Source of the DNA: Vitrella brassicaformis CCMP3155
Lineage: Eukaryota > Protista > Chromerida
Assembly (NCBI GenBank): GCA_001179505.1
Contig: CDMY01000033.1
Coordinates: forward strand, 142,984-206,983
Length of the DNA: 64,000 nucleotides
Reading direction: 5' to 3'
The notes beneath the pieces are model-generated. The model worked only from the letters and a program-made list of their open reading frames with translations. It had not been told where the DNA came from and made no database searches. Position 1 is the stretch's first letter. The number at the start of each line of letters is the position of its first letter. The position numbers and the translations under genes were made by a program. Of the stretch, positions 44,201-57,058 are shown piece by piece.

Positions 44201-47200
44201 ACACTTGGGGGAAGCCCCGCCAGGTCTTCGACAGGTAAGTGTGTGGGTGGGGTGGCCGTGGTGTCGTCCATGGGCATGACGATTGTCGTCTCCACCATGT
44301 CCCTTTTGGCCATTTCCCTCTTGACCCACTCACGGAACCCCGATATGTTGCCGAACTCATACACAGGCCCCTCAGCAGCAGGGGTGGCCACACTCGTCCC
44401 CCTGGTGGACGTCCTCGAGCGTGGCGCCGTGGTGGTCCCGTCGGCTGCCTCGAGCAGGTCGCCGCCTGTGTGTGACGATGGGCTCGGGACGGGTGTGGAC
44501 GAGGGGGTGGCGCTGCGGACACGGCGAGTGCTCGGGGGTGCGTCTGCGGCTGAAGTGGCGTCCTTTCTGAGGGGACTGCTGCCGGTTGCTGGGGTGGGCT
44601 CGACCCTCGACACACAGCTGGAGCTGAGCAGGGAAATAGACAGACAAAAAGGCATGTTGATGCACCCAATCCATCCTTCGAGGTGTTTGGGTGTGATGTG
44701 GCTGGCCTACTTGAATCGACTGCAGAGGCTGCCGAAGAATGCCGCTGCCCTTGCGGCCTCGGGCGTGGGGTGATGGTGGCGGTGATGGCTCTCCGCCTCC
44801 CTCCTGCCTGGCGACGCATCACGGCTGCTGGGGCGACCATGGCTCCTGCACCACCATCACACAACAAACGCATCAAAAGCAAAGCAAGTCTACGCATTGT
44901 TGCCACCGAGTAGAGCAACGGGCGACCTGACCTGATGAATATCTCCCATGCGTTGGTCTGCATCAGCCCTCGCACAAAGGGCTCGGCCGTCTCCAACCCA
45001 CGACTGAAGAAACGCACCGACCGACACAAAGAGGTAGAGCCGATCCGACGCATCCATTATCCCTTTTCCCTTGCTTCTTCTTTCCCCGCTCACCTCTTCA
45101 GCTCCGCGCAGAACTCCTCAACCAGAAAGACAGGCTCGTTCGAAGCCGCGTCGCCCTGCCCCTCATCCCTCTCGATCTTGAGCGGCGCCGGTCGCCTGGG
45201 GCCGCGTCTCTCGTCGCCCCGCCCTCGGTGCTCATCCTCTTCTCCGCCCTCCTCATGGGACACCTTGCGCGACGTGTCCTTGCTGACCGGCACAGATGGC
45301 TGCGGCGAATGCATCAAGGACACGCTGCTGCTCTGGGTGGGGGTGATGGTCGAGTAGGCCAGCGAGAGGGCGGGGGAGGGGAGGAGGGAGGTCCGCTGGG
45401 TGCCGGTCGGCTGCACCTGGGGCACGGGGACGTCAGGCAACGCCGTGGTGCCGTCCTGTGGCTGCTTTGCCGCTGTCCCTAGGTCCTGCTGTTGCTCGGG
45501 GCGGGCATCTTGGTAGCGAATGAAGTCACTGACACGCAGAAACCACACGCACAAGGGAAAATACGCGGACGCTTTGATCGCTATCTCTGTGTGCGTCTGT
45601 CTGTGTCTGTATTAAGTTACCGGTAGCAGTGGAGCAGCTTCACCAGGACGGTCGCAAAGGTCGCTTGCGTGATCAGCCTGATCTCGTTCTCCTCACTCTC
45701 CGACGGCACCGCACCACCAACAACCCTCCCACTCCCCAGCTGATGCGCGTCGCCCCCGCGGCTCTCAGGTCGGCTCCCAGTCGTTTGGTGATCGACATCC
45801 TGCTGTGCGTCTGATGGGGATAGCAGGGGCCGCTTGGGGCACAAAGGCGAGTCGTAGGAGGACATCACTTGTGGGTAGAGAGACCGGATGACTCGCTGGG
45901 ACTCGGCCTCTGTGGTGGTAGGGATGGACGACGTCAGCGAGACGGCTGATCTCACCCTGCCGGGCGCGTCATGTCTCCCCCACACGGATTTCTTGCTCAC
46001 GCTGCTCGACGCCTGCTCGCTCAGCCGCTCCAGCATCATGCCCTCCAGCTCGGCCTTGGCGGCGCTCTCAGGAGACGCCGAAAGCACCTCCACGATGCTC
46101 GTCTGCGTGACGTGCTCAGGAGGGATCGCCGACTTGCCCGCCTCGGTCGTGTCCGCGTAGTCGAAGTCGGCCCAGAAGAGCGGATCGCGGTTTGGTCCGG
46201 GCAATGGTGTGGGGGGCGGGGTGGACTGAGAGGGAGGGGGGGCAGGGGGGAGGGGAGGGCCCCGTCCGCTCCCTGTGGTGGCCCAGTGCTCGGCGGCGCT
46301 GATGCTCTTGAGGTTCTTGAGGGCGTGCAGCAGGAGGGTGGGCAGCTGCGGGAATGCCGCTGCCTCTGGCGTGGCGGGGCCGAGGATCTTGTCCCGGTCG
46401 ACGTCGAGCAGGAAGACGTCCTTCGGGAACGACTTGGTGAAGTCATCATAGGACACCATCGAGCCGTCGTCTGTGTCAGCTGGCACCTGCTGCTGTGGCC
46501 CATCCTGCTTGGGCAAGACCCATGAGGGCACGAGCATGCCGCAGAGGAAGGGCGCGGGCATCTCCACGAGCTCGGATCTCTCGCTGGGGATGAGGGGCAG
46601 GTACGGGTGGTGCCACTCGAAGGGAAACAGCAGCTGCCGGAAGATCTCTGCCAGGTAGGTCAGGAGGGAGGCCCGCCGCGAGAGCATCAACACCTTCCGC
46701 TCAAGCAGCAGGAGGGCGAAGACGTTGACGATGCGATCCAGCTTCAGACACGCAAAAAGCGCCCGATAGCTCAGCTCCCGGCCGCCGCTGCTGCACCCGC
46801 CCGGCAGATCTATCGCCCGCAGGTGTGTGTCACCGATGCCAATGTGCAGCTTGACTGACGGCCGGGCGAGACCCGCACCGCTGAGGTCGCCGAGGAGACG
46901 GCCGATGGTGCTCTCAATAGCAGCAGAAGAGTGGTCACTCGACGGGCTGGGCCGGGTGGGTGTGTTCAGCAGATGCCGCAGGAAGGACATCTTGGCGGTC
47001 CTCTGCTGCAGCTGGTAGAGCTCATAGAGGACACTCTTGAGCGAGCTGATCAGCGGCTGCCGCGTCATGAAGCACAGGCACGTCGGCACATAGACGATGG
47101 ATGAGCCCGCAGGGCTGTCTCGACTGTAATCCTCAAGGTCGGCCTCGTCGAGCCCGTCCTCCGTCACTGCGACCATGCCGTCGATCAGGCCGCTGCTCTG

Positions 47201-47734
47201 CATCTCGCCATGGTCGATATCCCACGGCCAAGCCCGCGGCTCCCACACCATCAGGCAGCACACGTAGGCCCGCCGGGACAGTCCCCATAGCACCGTCGAG
47301 AAGAAGACAGGTCCGGGGCACCCCTGCTCTTCGCGATAGAGCCACAGCCCCTCTGGCGGGCAGAATGACGTGAGTGTCTGCTGCATGGCCGCACTGGGCG
47401 AACTGTCCTTCCGGCTGCTGGGCGAGGAGGGCCCGCCCATGCCGGCAGACAGGAGGGAGTGAGGGGATGTGGCGGGGCTGTGTGATGGATACCACTCGAC
47501 AATCTGGCCCTTCAGGGGCGTCAGGAAGGCCTCTTGCGGCCCCCTCGATAGATGATCCTTCAACACGGAGTCTTCCACACCTGCATGAACCAGACAAACG
47601 CAGAAAAGCGCAATATTGGCTGCTGCCAAGATGTGATAGCATTCGTGCTTGTGCTGACCGATGCGGAAGAAGACGTCTGCGATGTGGAGTGAGGCAGGGA
47701 GGCCTCGCTGGGCTCTGGGAGAGCCACTTGGCAT
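38202..47734 (-). CDS. Giant multidomain protein: uDENN/DENN/dDENN (Rab GEF-like) + DENND4-like Cys module + ~1150-aa disordered region + HAD phosphatase + C-terminal hydrophobic anchor
   Basis: DENN motifs: LLLERKVLMLS, LLFPFEWHHPYLPLIP, PAPFLCG, YRDFIRY, FVRGLMQTNAWEIFI. Then CGSQCPTCG...EIY...CPSLSC and PEVYWNLAMFF. The 1238-codon ORF ends CVCFDW and splices (intron 39419-39486) to DGTVVDS. All junctions are phase-compatible. The individual domains are more certain than the single-gene fusion. Confidence 0.7.
38640..39510 (-). CDS. HAD-superfamily phosphatase domain (phosphoglycolate-phosphatase-like), C-terminal part of the gene above
   Basis: Motif I FDWDGT, II ATGK, III GKPNP and IV GDARLD are all intact. 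Confidence 0.9.
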
Positions 47735-47975
47735 CTCGAGACCTATTAATCGTCGTCTTTAGGCAGCGGCTCGGCTCAGATTGACACTACAACCAATCTA
47801 CAACTTGCACCTGTTCCCCCTTCCTGCTTCCCTTCGCAAGCTCGCAAATGAGTTACGCGCTGCCGACGAGGAGAAGAAGGAAGAAGCAAATGAGGAGATT
47901 CAGGCCGCCTATGCTCAACTGAGTTGAGATGTGACAGGTCATCTTTGGAGTCGAGCGAGAGGCGTGCTGCACACA

Positions 47976-49334
47976 ATGAGCTACGAGTGGAGCAGCCTCG
48001 CCCTCTGCGGGAGCTTCGTCCTCTGTACAGCTGCGCTGTGGTTGCTGGTGGTGGTCATCCGGGGTTTGATGATGCTTTTCTTGGACTCTGACCTTCGCAC
48101 AGCGATGGCAAGGAGCCACGAGACCTTTGAGGGGCGAGTTGTGTGGATCACAGGTGAGGAACGAACCGCCACAAGAGAATGGCACCTCCCCTGTGGCTCA
48201 ATGTGTGTTGAATTTCATTGATCCATTCAGGTGCGTCGAGCGGCATTGGTCGGGCTATGGCAACACAGCTGGCCAAGGCGGGAGCGCGGCTGATCATCTC
48301 AGGCCGCAATGTCAGCGCCCTGAACGAGCTGCGGAGCCACCTGCTGACCCTGCAGCCGCGTGGGGCAGCACAGGAGGTCATCCTCACCGGCAAGACCATC
48401 GACGAGGCCGCCAATGCCAACCCCACCCACGACCTCTCGCCCTCTTCCTACCAGTCGACCGCCGACACCGACAGCAAGCCGCCATCGCCATACGCCCGCA
48501 ACGGCAGAGTCAGCACAGAGAGCTTCTCGTCTGTGGCGAGCGCTGACAGGCCTACGGAGCGGGTGGTGGTCCTGCCGTTTGATCTGTCGTCCCTGGACAC
48601 GCTGCCCGAGTTCAGCACCAGGGCATTTGACACCTTCGGCCGCATCGACATGGTCTGCCTCAACGCTGGCGTCAGCCAGCGGTCGCTGGCCGAGCAGCTG
48701 CCCTTCTCGAGCGTGAGGCACATGATGAGTGTCGACTGCCTCTCGCCCATCTGTATCGTCAAGACGCTGTTGCCGCGGCTGCAGCAGCAGGGCGGGGCGA
48801 GGATCCTCATATCCAACACCCTGCAGGCCAAGATCGCCCTACCTGGGCGGTCCAGCTATGGCGCGTCGAAAGCGGCCCTCAGATCGTAGGACACACACAC
48901 ACACACACACACACGAACACTGCAGGGGATTGATGGGTGCGTGTGTGTATCCGATCAGTTGGTTTGACAGCCTGCGTGCCGAGCTAGAGGGTCAGAGGCT
49001 CGCCGACGGCATCACTGACAAGGCCTCTCAGCTGCACGTCACCCAGTGCCTGTTGGGCTACGTCAACACGTCCCTCTCGCTCAACGCCATCGGTGCAGGC
49101 GGCCAGCGGCACGCCGCTCACGACCCCACCACGTCAAAGGGCATGAGTGCGGACCGGGCGGCGCAGCTGATGCTGCGGGCGGCCGGGGCGCACGTCGAGG
49201 AGGCGTGGATTGGCAAGAGGAAGGAGCTGTTGCATCTAAATCTGTGCCACTACGCCCCCGACTTGTTTGCATGGGGGCTGCGGCGGCAGAATCGGAAGAG
49301 GGTGCTCGAGCTGCGTGGGCACAAGAGGGATTGA
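47976..49334 (+). CDS. Short-chain dehydrogenase/reductase, DHRS7/7B-like, with N-terminal membrane anchor
   Basis: VVWITG|ASSGIG (TGxxxGxG split by an intron), NAGVSQRS, YGASK (YxxxK), WFDSLRAEL. Three exons. Confidence 0.92.
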
Positions 49335-49778
49335 CAAGGATGGGCAGGGGGTGGGAGGGGGATGGGGCGGTTGGTGGTGTTTTTGAGTCAGGTGAAGTGT
49401 ACAGACAGACAGATACACAGACAGAGGATCCTTATGGCTTTTTCTCCCTTCTTCTCCCTCCCTGGCTGGCTTTTTCATCCGTCCACAGCCACCAGATTAT
49501 CTCTCTCTACACTGTGCTGCACGTACCAAGTTTTGCCATCCATCCATCCACTTGCTGACCGATCACCCCATGTAATTCATCTCATCTCGACTTATCAGGA
49601 CGGCATCATGGTGTCCCGTGCCAATTTTTGCGTCTCGTCTTGTGCTGTGGTGTAATGGTACATGGGTGCCATACCAATACACACATACATACATTGTGCA
49701 GACAAAGGAGGGAGGGATGAAGTGCAGTGACTGTGTGGGTGGATGGATGGATGGGATGGGTGGCCTCATTGTGTGTGT

Positions 49779-49980
49779 GAGACGCATACTCACTAACCTA
49801 AACATCATCGAAGACACGCCATCAATCAGCATCGATGGAACCGCTATGTGCCAAGCAGGAGATAGATACTAATTGGAAGCGGCACAGCACAGAGGCGTGA
49901 GCAAACCCACAGAAAAGAAACACACACTACACAGACACGCAACCACAACCACGCGCAGCACGATGCACATTCACACACAC
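49779..49980 (+). repeat. ~200-bp direct repeat, copy 1
   Basis: Near-identical to 61973-62175 (GAGACGCATACTCACTAACCTAAACATCATCGAAGACACGC...). Confidence 0.95.
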
Positions 49981-50076
49981 GCACACACAGATGTGGGACA
50001 GAGTGTGTGTGGGGTTAGTGCGTGGAGTCGACGCTTCTTTCGATATCTCCCTGTGCATGCTGACACACGGACACGA

Positions 50077-50175
50077 ACTTCAGCGGGGTAACTTCAGCGC
50101 GCCTCGCTCGCATAGCTTCGCTCCTTACGCCTCGCTCGCATAGCTTCGCTCCTTACGCCTCGCTCCGCATAGCTC
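50077..50175. repeat. Short tandem repeats: 13-bp AACTTCAGCGGGGT-like x2, then 28-bp GCCTCGCTCGCATAGCTTCGCTCCTTAC x~2.6
   Basis: Read directly at 50077-50100 and 50101-50175. Confidence 0.85.
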
Positions 50176-50446
50176 CACAGTGGCCAGGAAGTAACCGTTG
50201 GCCAGCGGAGGGGGCCCAAGGGGGGCCAGACCGAGCTCGCAGTCTTCCTTCCGAACTTCCAGCCCTCTCCTCCCTCACCCCGAGCGTCGCAGATTCTCGC
50301 GCAGTGAGAAATCAATGCTTGTCGAGATTCTCTACGAGACGGAGGAGACGGCTTTCTTTTCTTCTTGCTCTCCAGATTCTCAGACACGCTGAATCCGAAA
50401 TCCGCCTCCTTCGCGGCACTGCAGGCTGACATCATTGCAATGCATC

Positions 50447-51640
50447 ATGGGCACCGCCACCGCGACCACCAGCTCTCCCCCATCCGTCCTCAGCGGCCTG
50501 TCATCCCTCTCAATTGATCCCTCTCACTCAGTGCGACGAAAGCGATTGGAACGAAAGCCTTTAGCCCTCCAGGTGAAGAAGGGTGTGGACGAGCTGAGGA
50601 GACGAAAGGCTTCCACAAACATAGTAAGCGCGCTTTGTTCCTTTGCAGGTTACCGGTAGGTTCGAAGACGCGCCGCATCCATGAGTGGCCAGGAACGCCG
50701 CCAAAGGTCTCCAGGGCGACAGTCTGACGTGCAGGTGGGGAGAGAGAGCCACAGGGTGCCCACCAGCACGAGCCATGTCATGAGTGTTGCTCCTCCTCCT
50801 CAGGCTGGTCCTGATGCGCACCTCACCACAGCCTGTCTGTTAGTCAGTGGCTGACCTTCCCACTCATCTGCTGAGCGGCCTGGCTGTCTGCTGTTAGGGT
50901 CAGATCAAGAACCTCAAGGCTGCGGAGAACCAGACGGGCGGACGAAAGGGAGACAGTGACGAACGGGGAAGGAGTGTCACACCGGTAAGCTGACGGCGGG
51001 CAAACGGGCGGAAGGAACACAACACCACATCAAGTGCGTGTCATTTTGGCCTGGATTTAGGTGCCTTCGAGTCGCCCTGATCGTTTGGAGGTGCAGAGAG
51101 AGCATCACATGCACACGCGCAGAAAGAGGGAAGGGTGCTATGTCTGCAATGCTGTTCATGTCTCATGTGTATCTCGTCAGGGTGGGAGCATGTCGCCAGC
51201 TGAGCGCCGACGACTACTGGCCCGCTTCAAGTCGACCGAACCGGCCCCCAAGCGGAAGCGGTTCCATTCGACAGCTCTGCGTCCGGTCATGGAGAACGGC
51301 GGGGCGGCTGGTCCACCCATACGACCCGAAGAGCGCCGCACGCGCTCCGGCAAGGTACTCAGATTGGCTGCCTTCTCGCTCCGGGTGTGGTGCATGTGTG
51401 CATTTATGTGTGTATGTGTGCATGCGGATGGGAAGGTCGGGCCTCTTGCCCGAGAGACTGCCGCTCAGGAGGGGGAGGAACCGTTTAGGAACGAGGAAGA
51501 GGTCAGACCAACGACAAATGCACACACGTACAGCAGCATCCACCGGCACTTGCATGTCGTGCTCAGGTTATTGCGCGTCTGGAGGAGGCCTACAATCAGC
51601 CCAGCAAACCACTCCCTCCGGCTCGGTCCAACGAGGTGAG
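50447..51640 (+). CDS. Hypothetical basic low-complexity protein, or its remnant
   Basis: Exon-like pieces MGTATATTSSPPS...RRRKASTNI|gtaag and SPAERRRLLARFKSTEPAPKRKR...RSGK|gtac. No family recognised. Confidence 0.25.
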
Positions 51641-54600
51641 CACATCCGTTCACGTCAGTCACGGAAGAGGTGGATGTCCGTGGCCGTGTTGTTCTGTTGT
51701 TCTATAGCCTGCTCAGGGCGTGTCGTTTGGAGAGGGAGAGGACGCGATACCCCTTCGGCTCTTCGTCGCTGAGGGCGTATCTCTACCTAACATTCGTGTC
51801 AGCCATTGGCACACACACCATCCCAGACACACAAATGCGCGCAACCGTCACCTCTATGCCTTCTGTATCTTCAGCCTGCTGTGAGCATGGCTGAGAGGTC
51901 TGGACCATTCACTGGCCGGGAGGTGGCGGTCGACTCGCCGGCATCTACCCAAAGTAATGCAAACAAACAAAAGGATCATTCAGATATACGTCAAACCTGT
52001 TCTTTTCATTCTTTTCTTCAGGCGCCCCTCAGCCCACCACCAACACCAGGGGCTCGCCGGTGAGTGGGGCGCTGAGGGGAGGAAGCGGGAGGGAGGGAGG
52101 GAAGAGGGAGGGAGAGAGGGAGACGCCGCAGCCACCCATCCATCCATCCATCTATCCATCTATCATTGTCTTTCCTTGCCTTATCTCTCAGTCGAGCACA
52201 TCATCGGTGCCTACTGCAGCCAGCCGTAAGAAACCAAGAAAGCAGCCAATCACGCACACGCACGTCTCCCTCCTTGCCTGCTTCCATTCAGGTCGCGCCA
52301 TGACGACGCCGAAGCAGCCTGCCGCCCCCCCTCAGGTCAGGGCAGGCAGCTCACCAAAGGGCAGGGAGACACCGAACAGCGACCTGCCACTGTGTCTTGT
52401 GTCTGCAGGGGTCCGGCATCTCTTCAGCGGCGTGGCAGCCCACCGGTCAGGGCGTGTGCCTCAATGTCAGGTCCACGGCGGCGCCCAAAGCCAGCGGTAC
52501 GTGATGGATAGACAGGTGGGACGACAGTCAGCGGCTGGCACTCATGGTAGCCTCTTCTCTCCTTTCAGCTCCTACTCTGAGCCAGCGAACCGGGCGCCAT
52601 CTGCCGGCCTCAACAGTCGATTGCTTCGATACAGGGCCTGTTGTTTGGAGAGCACGCGATCACAGAGAGATACACAGAGCAACAATTGGTTGCTGGTGTG
52701 GTGCCTTGTGTCTCCAGCAGATGCACCGCTGCCTACATTTTATATTCGTCGACATCGGCGCCCTTCCTCCCCCAGTGTCCCTTTTCTGTCTTGGCGCGGA
52801 GCAGTTGTGTGCCCGTGCAGCACCTGTCTGCTTCGATCGCCTCCAAAATGTGGATTGATCAAGAGCGATGAGAAAGAGGAAACGTCTCTTAGCGCGTCCC
52901 CCCATCCCCATGCCACCCCCCACACACTGGCCACTGTGGACAGGCGAGAAATGTTGACAAGGCACACACCCACCAACGCTGTCACACCAGCCTTCCTCCC
53001 TTTGTGTCTCTCTGCTCTCCATTTCAGTACATTTCAGATGCGGCAATGTCTCTCCCCCGGCGGCACTAGCGCGCCTCCGTCTGAGGTCAGAATATGACCA
53101 CATGATAGACGCACAATGTGCGTGTCGTCTTGTTGCTTTTGTCAGGACACTGGCCAAAGGAAGGACGGCCTGAAGGTCTAGTTGAGGCCTGTATGAGCAC
53201 CGGCACACTCTAACAGTGACGAGATCTCATCAAAAAAGTGAGCGAATTTCAGGGAATCTGCCTTCATCTGGGGCAGCAAGCATCCTTTCTGCCTCTGTCT
53301 GCCTTTAATGGCCTCCTGTTGTCCGCAGAGAGGGGCGGCGAGATTTTCGCGCGAAGAGACAGACAAACCCCGCAAACCCTGATTTACGAGCTCGCATTAG
53401 TTTTTTCACATTTTTCGTCCGCGATTTGCTTCTTAGCCTTATTTCAGCGACGGATTCTTCACTTGTTTCTCTTTTTGGCTGGTTCTAGGCTTGTATTGTC
53501 CGCCTCGTCGCCCTCTACCCCTCCCAACTCGTCCGGATGCCATCCTCCACTTGTACGTCCACCGCCGTGCGCCGGGCGAGGCCCCGCCTGGTGATGCCCT
53601 GCCTTATGCGGGTCGGCCGGAGATTGTCTGGCGGCTGCAGAGTGCTCACGCACCTTCTTGTCGCATAAACCGACCGCATCAGGTGAGTACTAGTACATGT
53701 GTGGCCTCGTGCGTCTGTCTTGGCTGTGGTGATGGTGTGGTGCATGGCTGATGTGTAGGGACAAATGCATGGTGCATTTCGTTACAATGGGTGTGCTCAC
53801 ACATGCCCCCTCCCCCTGTCATGCCTGTGTGTGCAGATGAAATGGTGATTTCTTCTTTTGTTCCCGTCTCCTTTTCTCGACGCATTTATCTAAAGGTTGG
53901 CAAGTACCTCACTTAGTCTGGTCTGCACACACCAGACAACCCACGTCGGTGTCCTTGTCTGCTGCCTTTCAGAAACGCGATTCTCTACTTCGACGGCGGA
54001 AAAACAGGAAGACAGACATATTTAATCCATTGGTCAACAAATTCATCGCTGTCCATCGTTGTGTCTTGCAGCTAATCAGGAGGTAACTTCAGTTCTTCGA
54101 CAACAAGAACCTTCTCGCCGACGAGAAGACAGGCACATCGATGACACACAAAGGTACTCGAGGTGAGTATCCGACTCAGAAATTCGGACTGTCAGAAGTT
54201 CGCGATGCACACTGTGAATTTTCAGCAGAATGTGGACAAGTCAGACATTTCATTCCTGCCGTCAGCGAGGGCTCTAGACATAGTGACGAACACCTGGCAT
54301 CCCTCCCTTGTGTCTTGTTTTTCAGCTGAGCAAGAGAAGTCTGGCGGCACCGTTGTCGACCTTCCATTCCCGGTGGCCCCGAAGATACGTAAGCAAGGGA
54401 GGGAAAAAAGAGGAGAAAGCACAAATCTCTCATGTTTTTTCTCTATTTCCTCTGTGTGTCTACGCATACTTGGTCGCCTTGGTGCAATTAGGTTGCCGAA
54501 ACGATGACAGGTGCGCAGTGACTGACAAGGCCGCCGTCCATTTTCATTTCGCTCTCTGTCATCATTCTCTGTTCGGGTGGACGACCCTCCAGCAGCTCAA

Positions 54601-55365
54601 CCGGACCAAAAATCGCGCCATGGTGAGTGGGCACTCACACACACACACCTGTGGGTAAAGGAGGGCCACACAACAACACTCACCTGTGCCATGCATGTGT
54701 GATGGCATACGTGGGATATGCCAGTTTTACGGACCGTTCGCGGAGGGATGACCGCTTCAACCTATCGGTGAGGCTGAGGGAGAAGGTCGCGAGGGAGTTT
54801 GAGGTGGAGGAGGACCGCCTTAAGGCACTCGGCGGCTCTCCAAGCTGTCCAAGCGGCAGCAGGAGAACATGAAGGAGGCCAGGGCGAGGCGTGACTCACT
54901 GAGGAAACGGAGCGAGGAAGCGGCCAAGAAACGCTTCCGATTCTGAGCCAAGTGAGCAAAGACAGACAGACGGCGAGACATCCAGACATCTGCCTACATG
55001 ACACTGACTTTGTCTGCTTCATGCAGGTCACCTGTGGAAGAGTCCGTCTTGTTGTTTGACGAAAGAGACTGGTGCACCCTCGAGGAGACGAAGTAAGTCA
55101 AGAGACACAGAGAGACACACAGAGAGGCAATTAAATTGGCGGATGGTTTCTGTCCTTTGTGTCTTCAGCATATTATATCGCTGCCTACATTTTATATCGG
55201 TCGAGTTCCTTGGTTATTCTACCGACGATGTGGAGAGGAGCTCAGAGTACAGCTTCGCCAGCCTTCACGAAGTTTGCTCTGGCAGTGGTAAGCGAATGGA
55301 GAAGGAAGGCGTACCTGATGGGCACGTACAATGACGTGTCTTTGCCTGCATGCTGCACGTGTCAG

Positions 55366-56789
55366 GTCATAGCATCGGTGCCCCACCACCAGCAGCGGAG
55401 CAGCGGCTCCTCGATGGGCAGCATGCCAGCTGGCCGGATGCCAAGGCGGCGCGAATAGGAGAGGGCACTCGCGGAAAGGTCCTGTGGGGACCCCTGCAGC
55501 CGCCCCAACACGGCCACGGCAGCGACGCGGCCATCAAGATGATCAGGCTGGATCGTTTCCCAGAGAGCCACAGAGAGGGGATTGCGAGGCAGATCGAGGA
55601 GGAGCGGCTGAGGCTGTTGGGCGGCGAGCCTCCCTTCCTCTCTCTCCTGGCCGCCAACACCGACCCCAGCCAGCCCGCCACCTACACAGACAACCAGGGC
55701 GTCCAGGAGAATGTCCTGTGCGTAGCCATGACGCCATTAGGTAAGAAAAATGGAACGGATGGGGGGAGGGAGGGAGGGAGGGAGGGAGAGGTGGCGTGGC
55801 TCTGCGTCTATCAATATCTTATTTCTATGACGTCTGCGTGTTATTGTGTGTGTGTGTGCAGGGGACGAGTGGGTGGAGCTGAAGCGGATTTTCGAGGGCA
55901 CGCCCGAGGGGGAGAGGGCGCATGACGTCTCGGCGGCGCTGGCCAGGCTGGAGGAGGGCGGCTTTAGCGACAAGGCCATAACGGCTTTCGTCGATGACAT
56001 CGGTGTCATCACGCGCGCCCTCCTCCTCGTCTGTGCCGTCCACATCGCCGCGCTACGGCAGGGCATCCTGCACTACGACGGGTTTTGGTCGAACGTCATG
56101 CTGCGCCGGTCCGCCCTGCTGCCCAGCACCCCAGCCACATCGCTCTCCCTCAACGACGTGTGGCTGCTCGACCTGGCCGACACCCTCATCATCCGGCCAC
56201 CCACACCTTCCCCACAGACAGACATCAGTCCCCAACCACCCGCCCCGCCCTCCTTCATGGGCAGCCAGGCCGTCATGCTGCCCTCCAGCATCCCGAGGAG
56301 GTGGGCAGAAGGGAAGATGCCCGTGAGCACACGGTGGATCACCGCCCCTGAGCTGCTGCCCGCGACCGTGAGGCTGCCCGGCCCGGCTGACTCCCCACCA
56401 CCGACGAGCTACTGCGCCCCGGGCACGAGGGTGCTCTGAGGTTCCGAGAGGAGCTGCGGCGGGAGGGTTTCCTGGTGGGCGAGGGCACGACGGAGGGGCT
56501 GTGGGTGGGGCAGCCCACCTCTGCATGGCAAATGGGCATGCCCGTCCACCGAGCCGCTGAGGGGCGCCCACCGTATGACGCCGTCTTCGACATATATGGC
56601 GTGTCCGAGGGCGACAGGAAGAGCAGGCACGTGCTATACGAGCGCCGGATGCTCGTGGAGTGGGAGCAGCACTACAAGCGTATCATCGAGCGGCCGAGTC
56701 CCGTCGAGCAGCTGCGTGACGAGGGCGGCTTTGAGTGGGTGGGGCCGTGGCTTGACACCCTCAGCACCATCCGCGAAAGAGAAGCCTGA
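55366..56789 (+). pseudogene. Divergent Ser/Thr protein kinase, frameshifted between subdomains VIII and IX
   Basis: GEGTRG, AAIK, HYDGFWSN, DLA, TAPE, then SAWQMG...GRPPY in a different frame. A 1-nt deletion near 56390 would restore PADLPTTDELLRPGHEGALRFREELRREG. Intron 55741-55861. Upstream exons (53.5-55.3 kb) are possible but also disrupted. Confidence 0.75.
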
Positions 56790-57058
56790 GGCCGCGGCAG
56801 CAGGAGAGGGGCACGCTGGAGGAGATCAGGTGTGGGCACACAAAAGTCAAGAGACACATAGAGACATTTAGAAAGGCAATTAACCGGTTTGGCGTTGTCC
56901 ATTGTGTCTTCAGCATGTGTATCGCTGACTACATTTTATATTTGTCGAGTCTGTGCATTCCTCATTGGGCGTCATGACGTGCCTCCAGCTAGTGCAATGG
57001 TAGGTGACATATGACACGAGTCTACATCGATGTTGCGATTTCGTTTGGTTGGTTTCAG

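Noticed and set aside
50101-50175. 28-bp repeats as a CRISPR array
   Set aside because: Contiguous tandem units with no spacers, no cas genes, eukaryotic context.
56380-56440. Programmed -1 ribosomal frameshift in the kinase
   Set aside because: No X XXY YYZ slippery heptamer; neighbouring paralogues are independently frameshifted, so decay or error is simpler.
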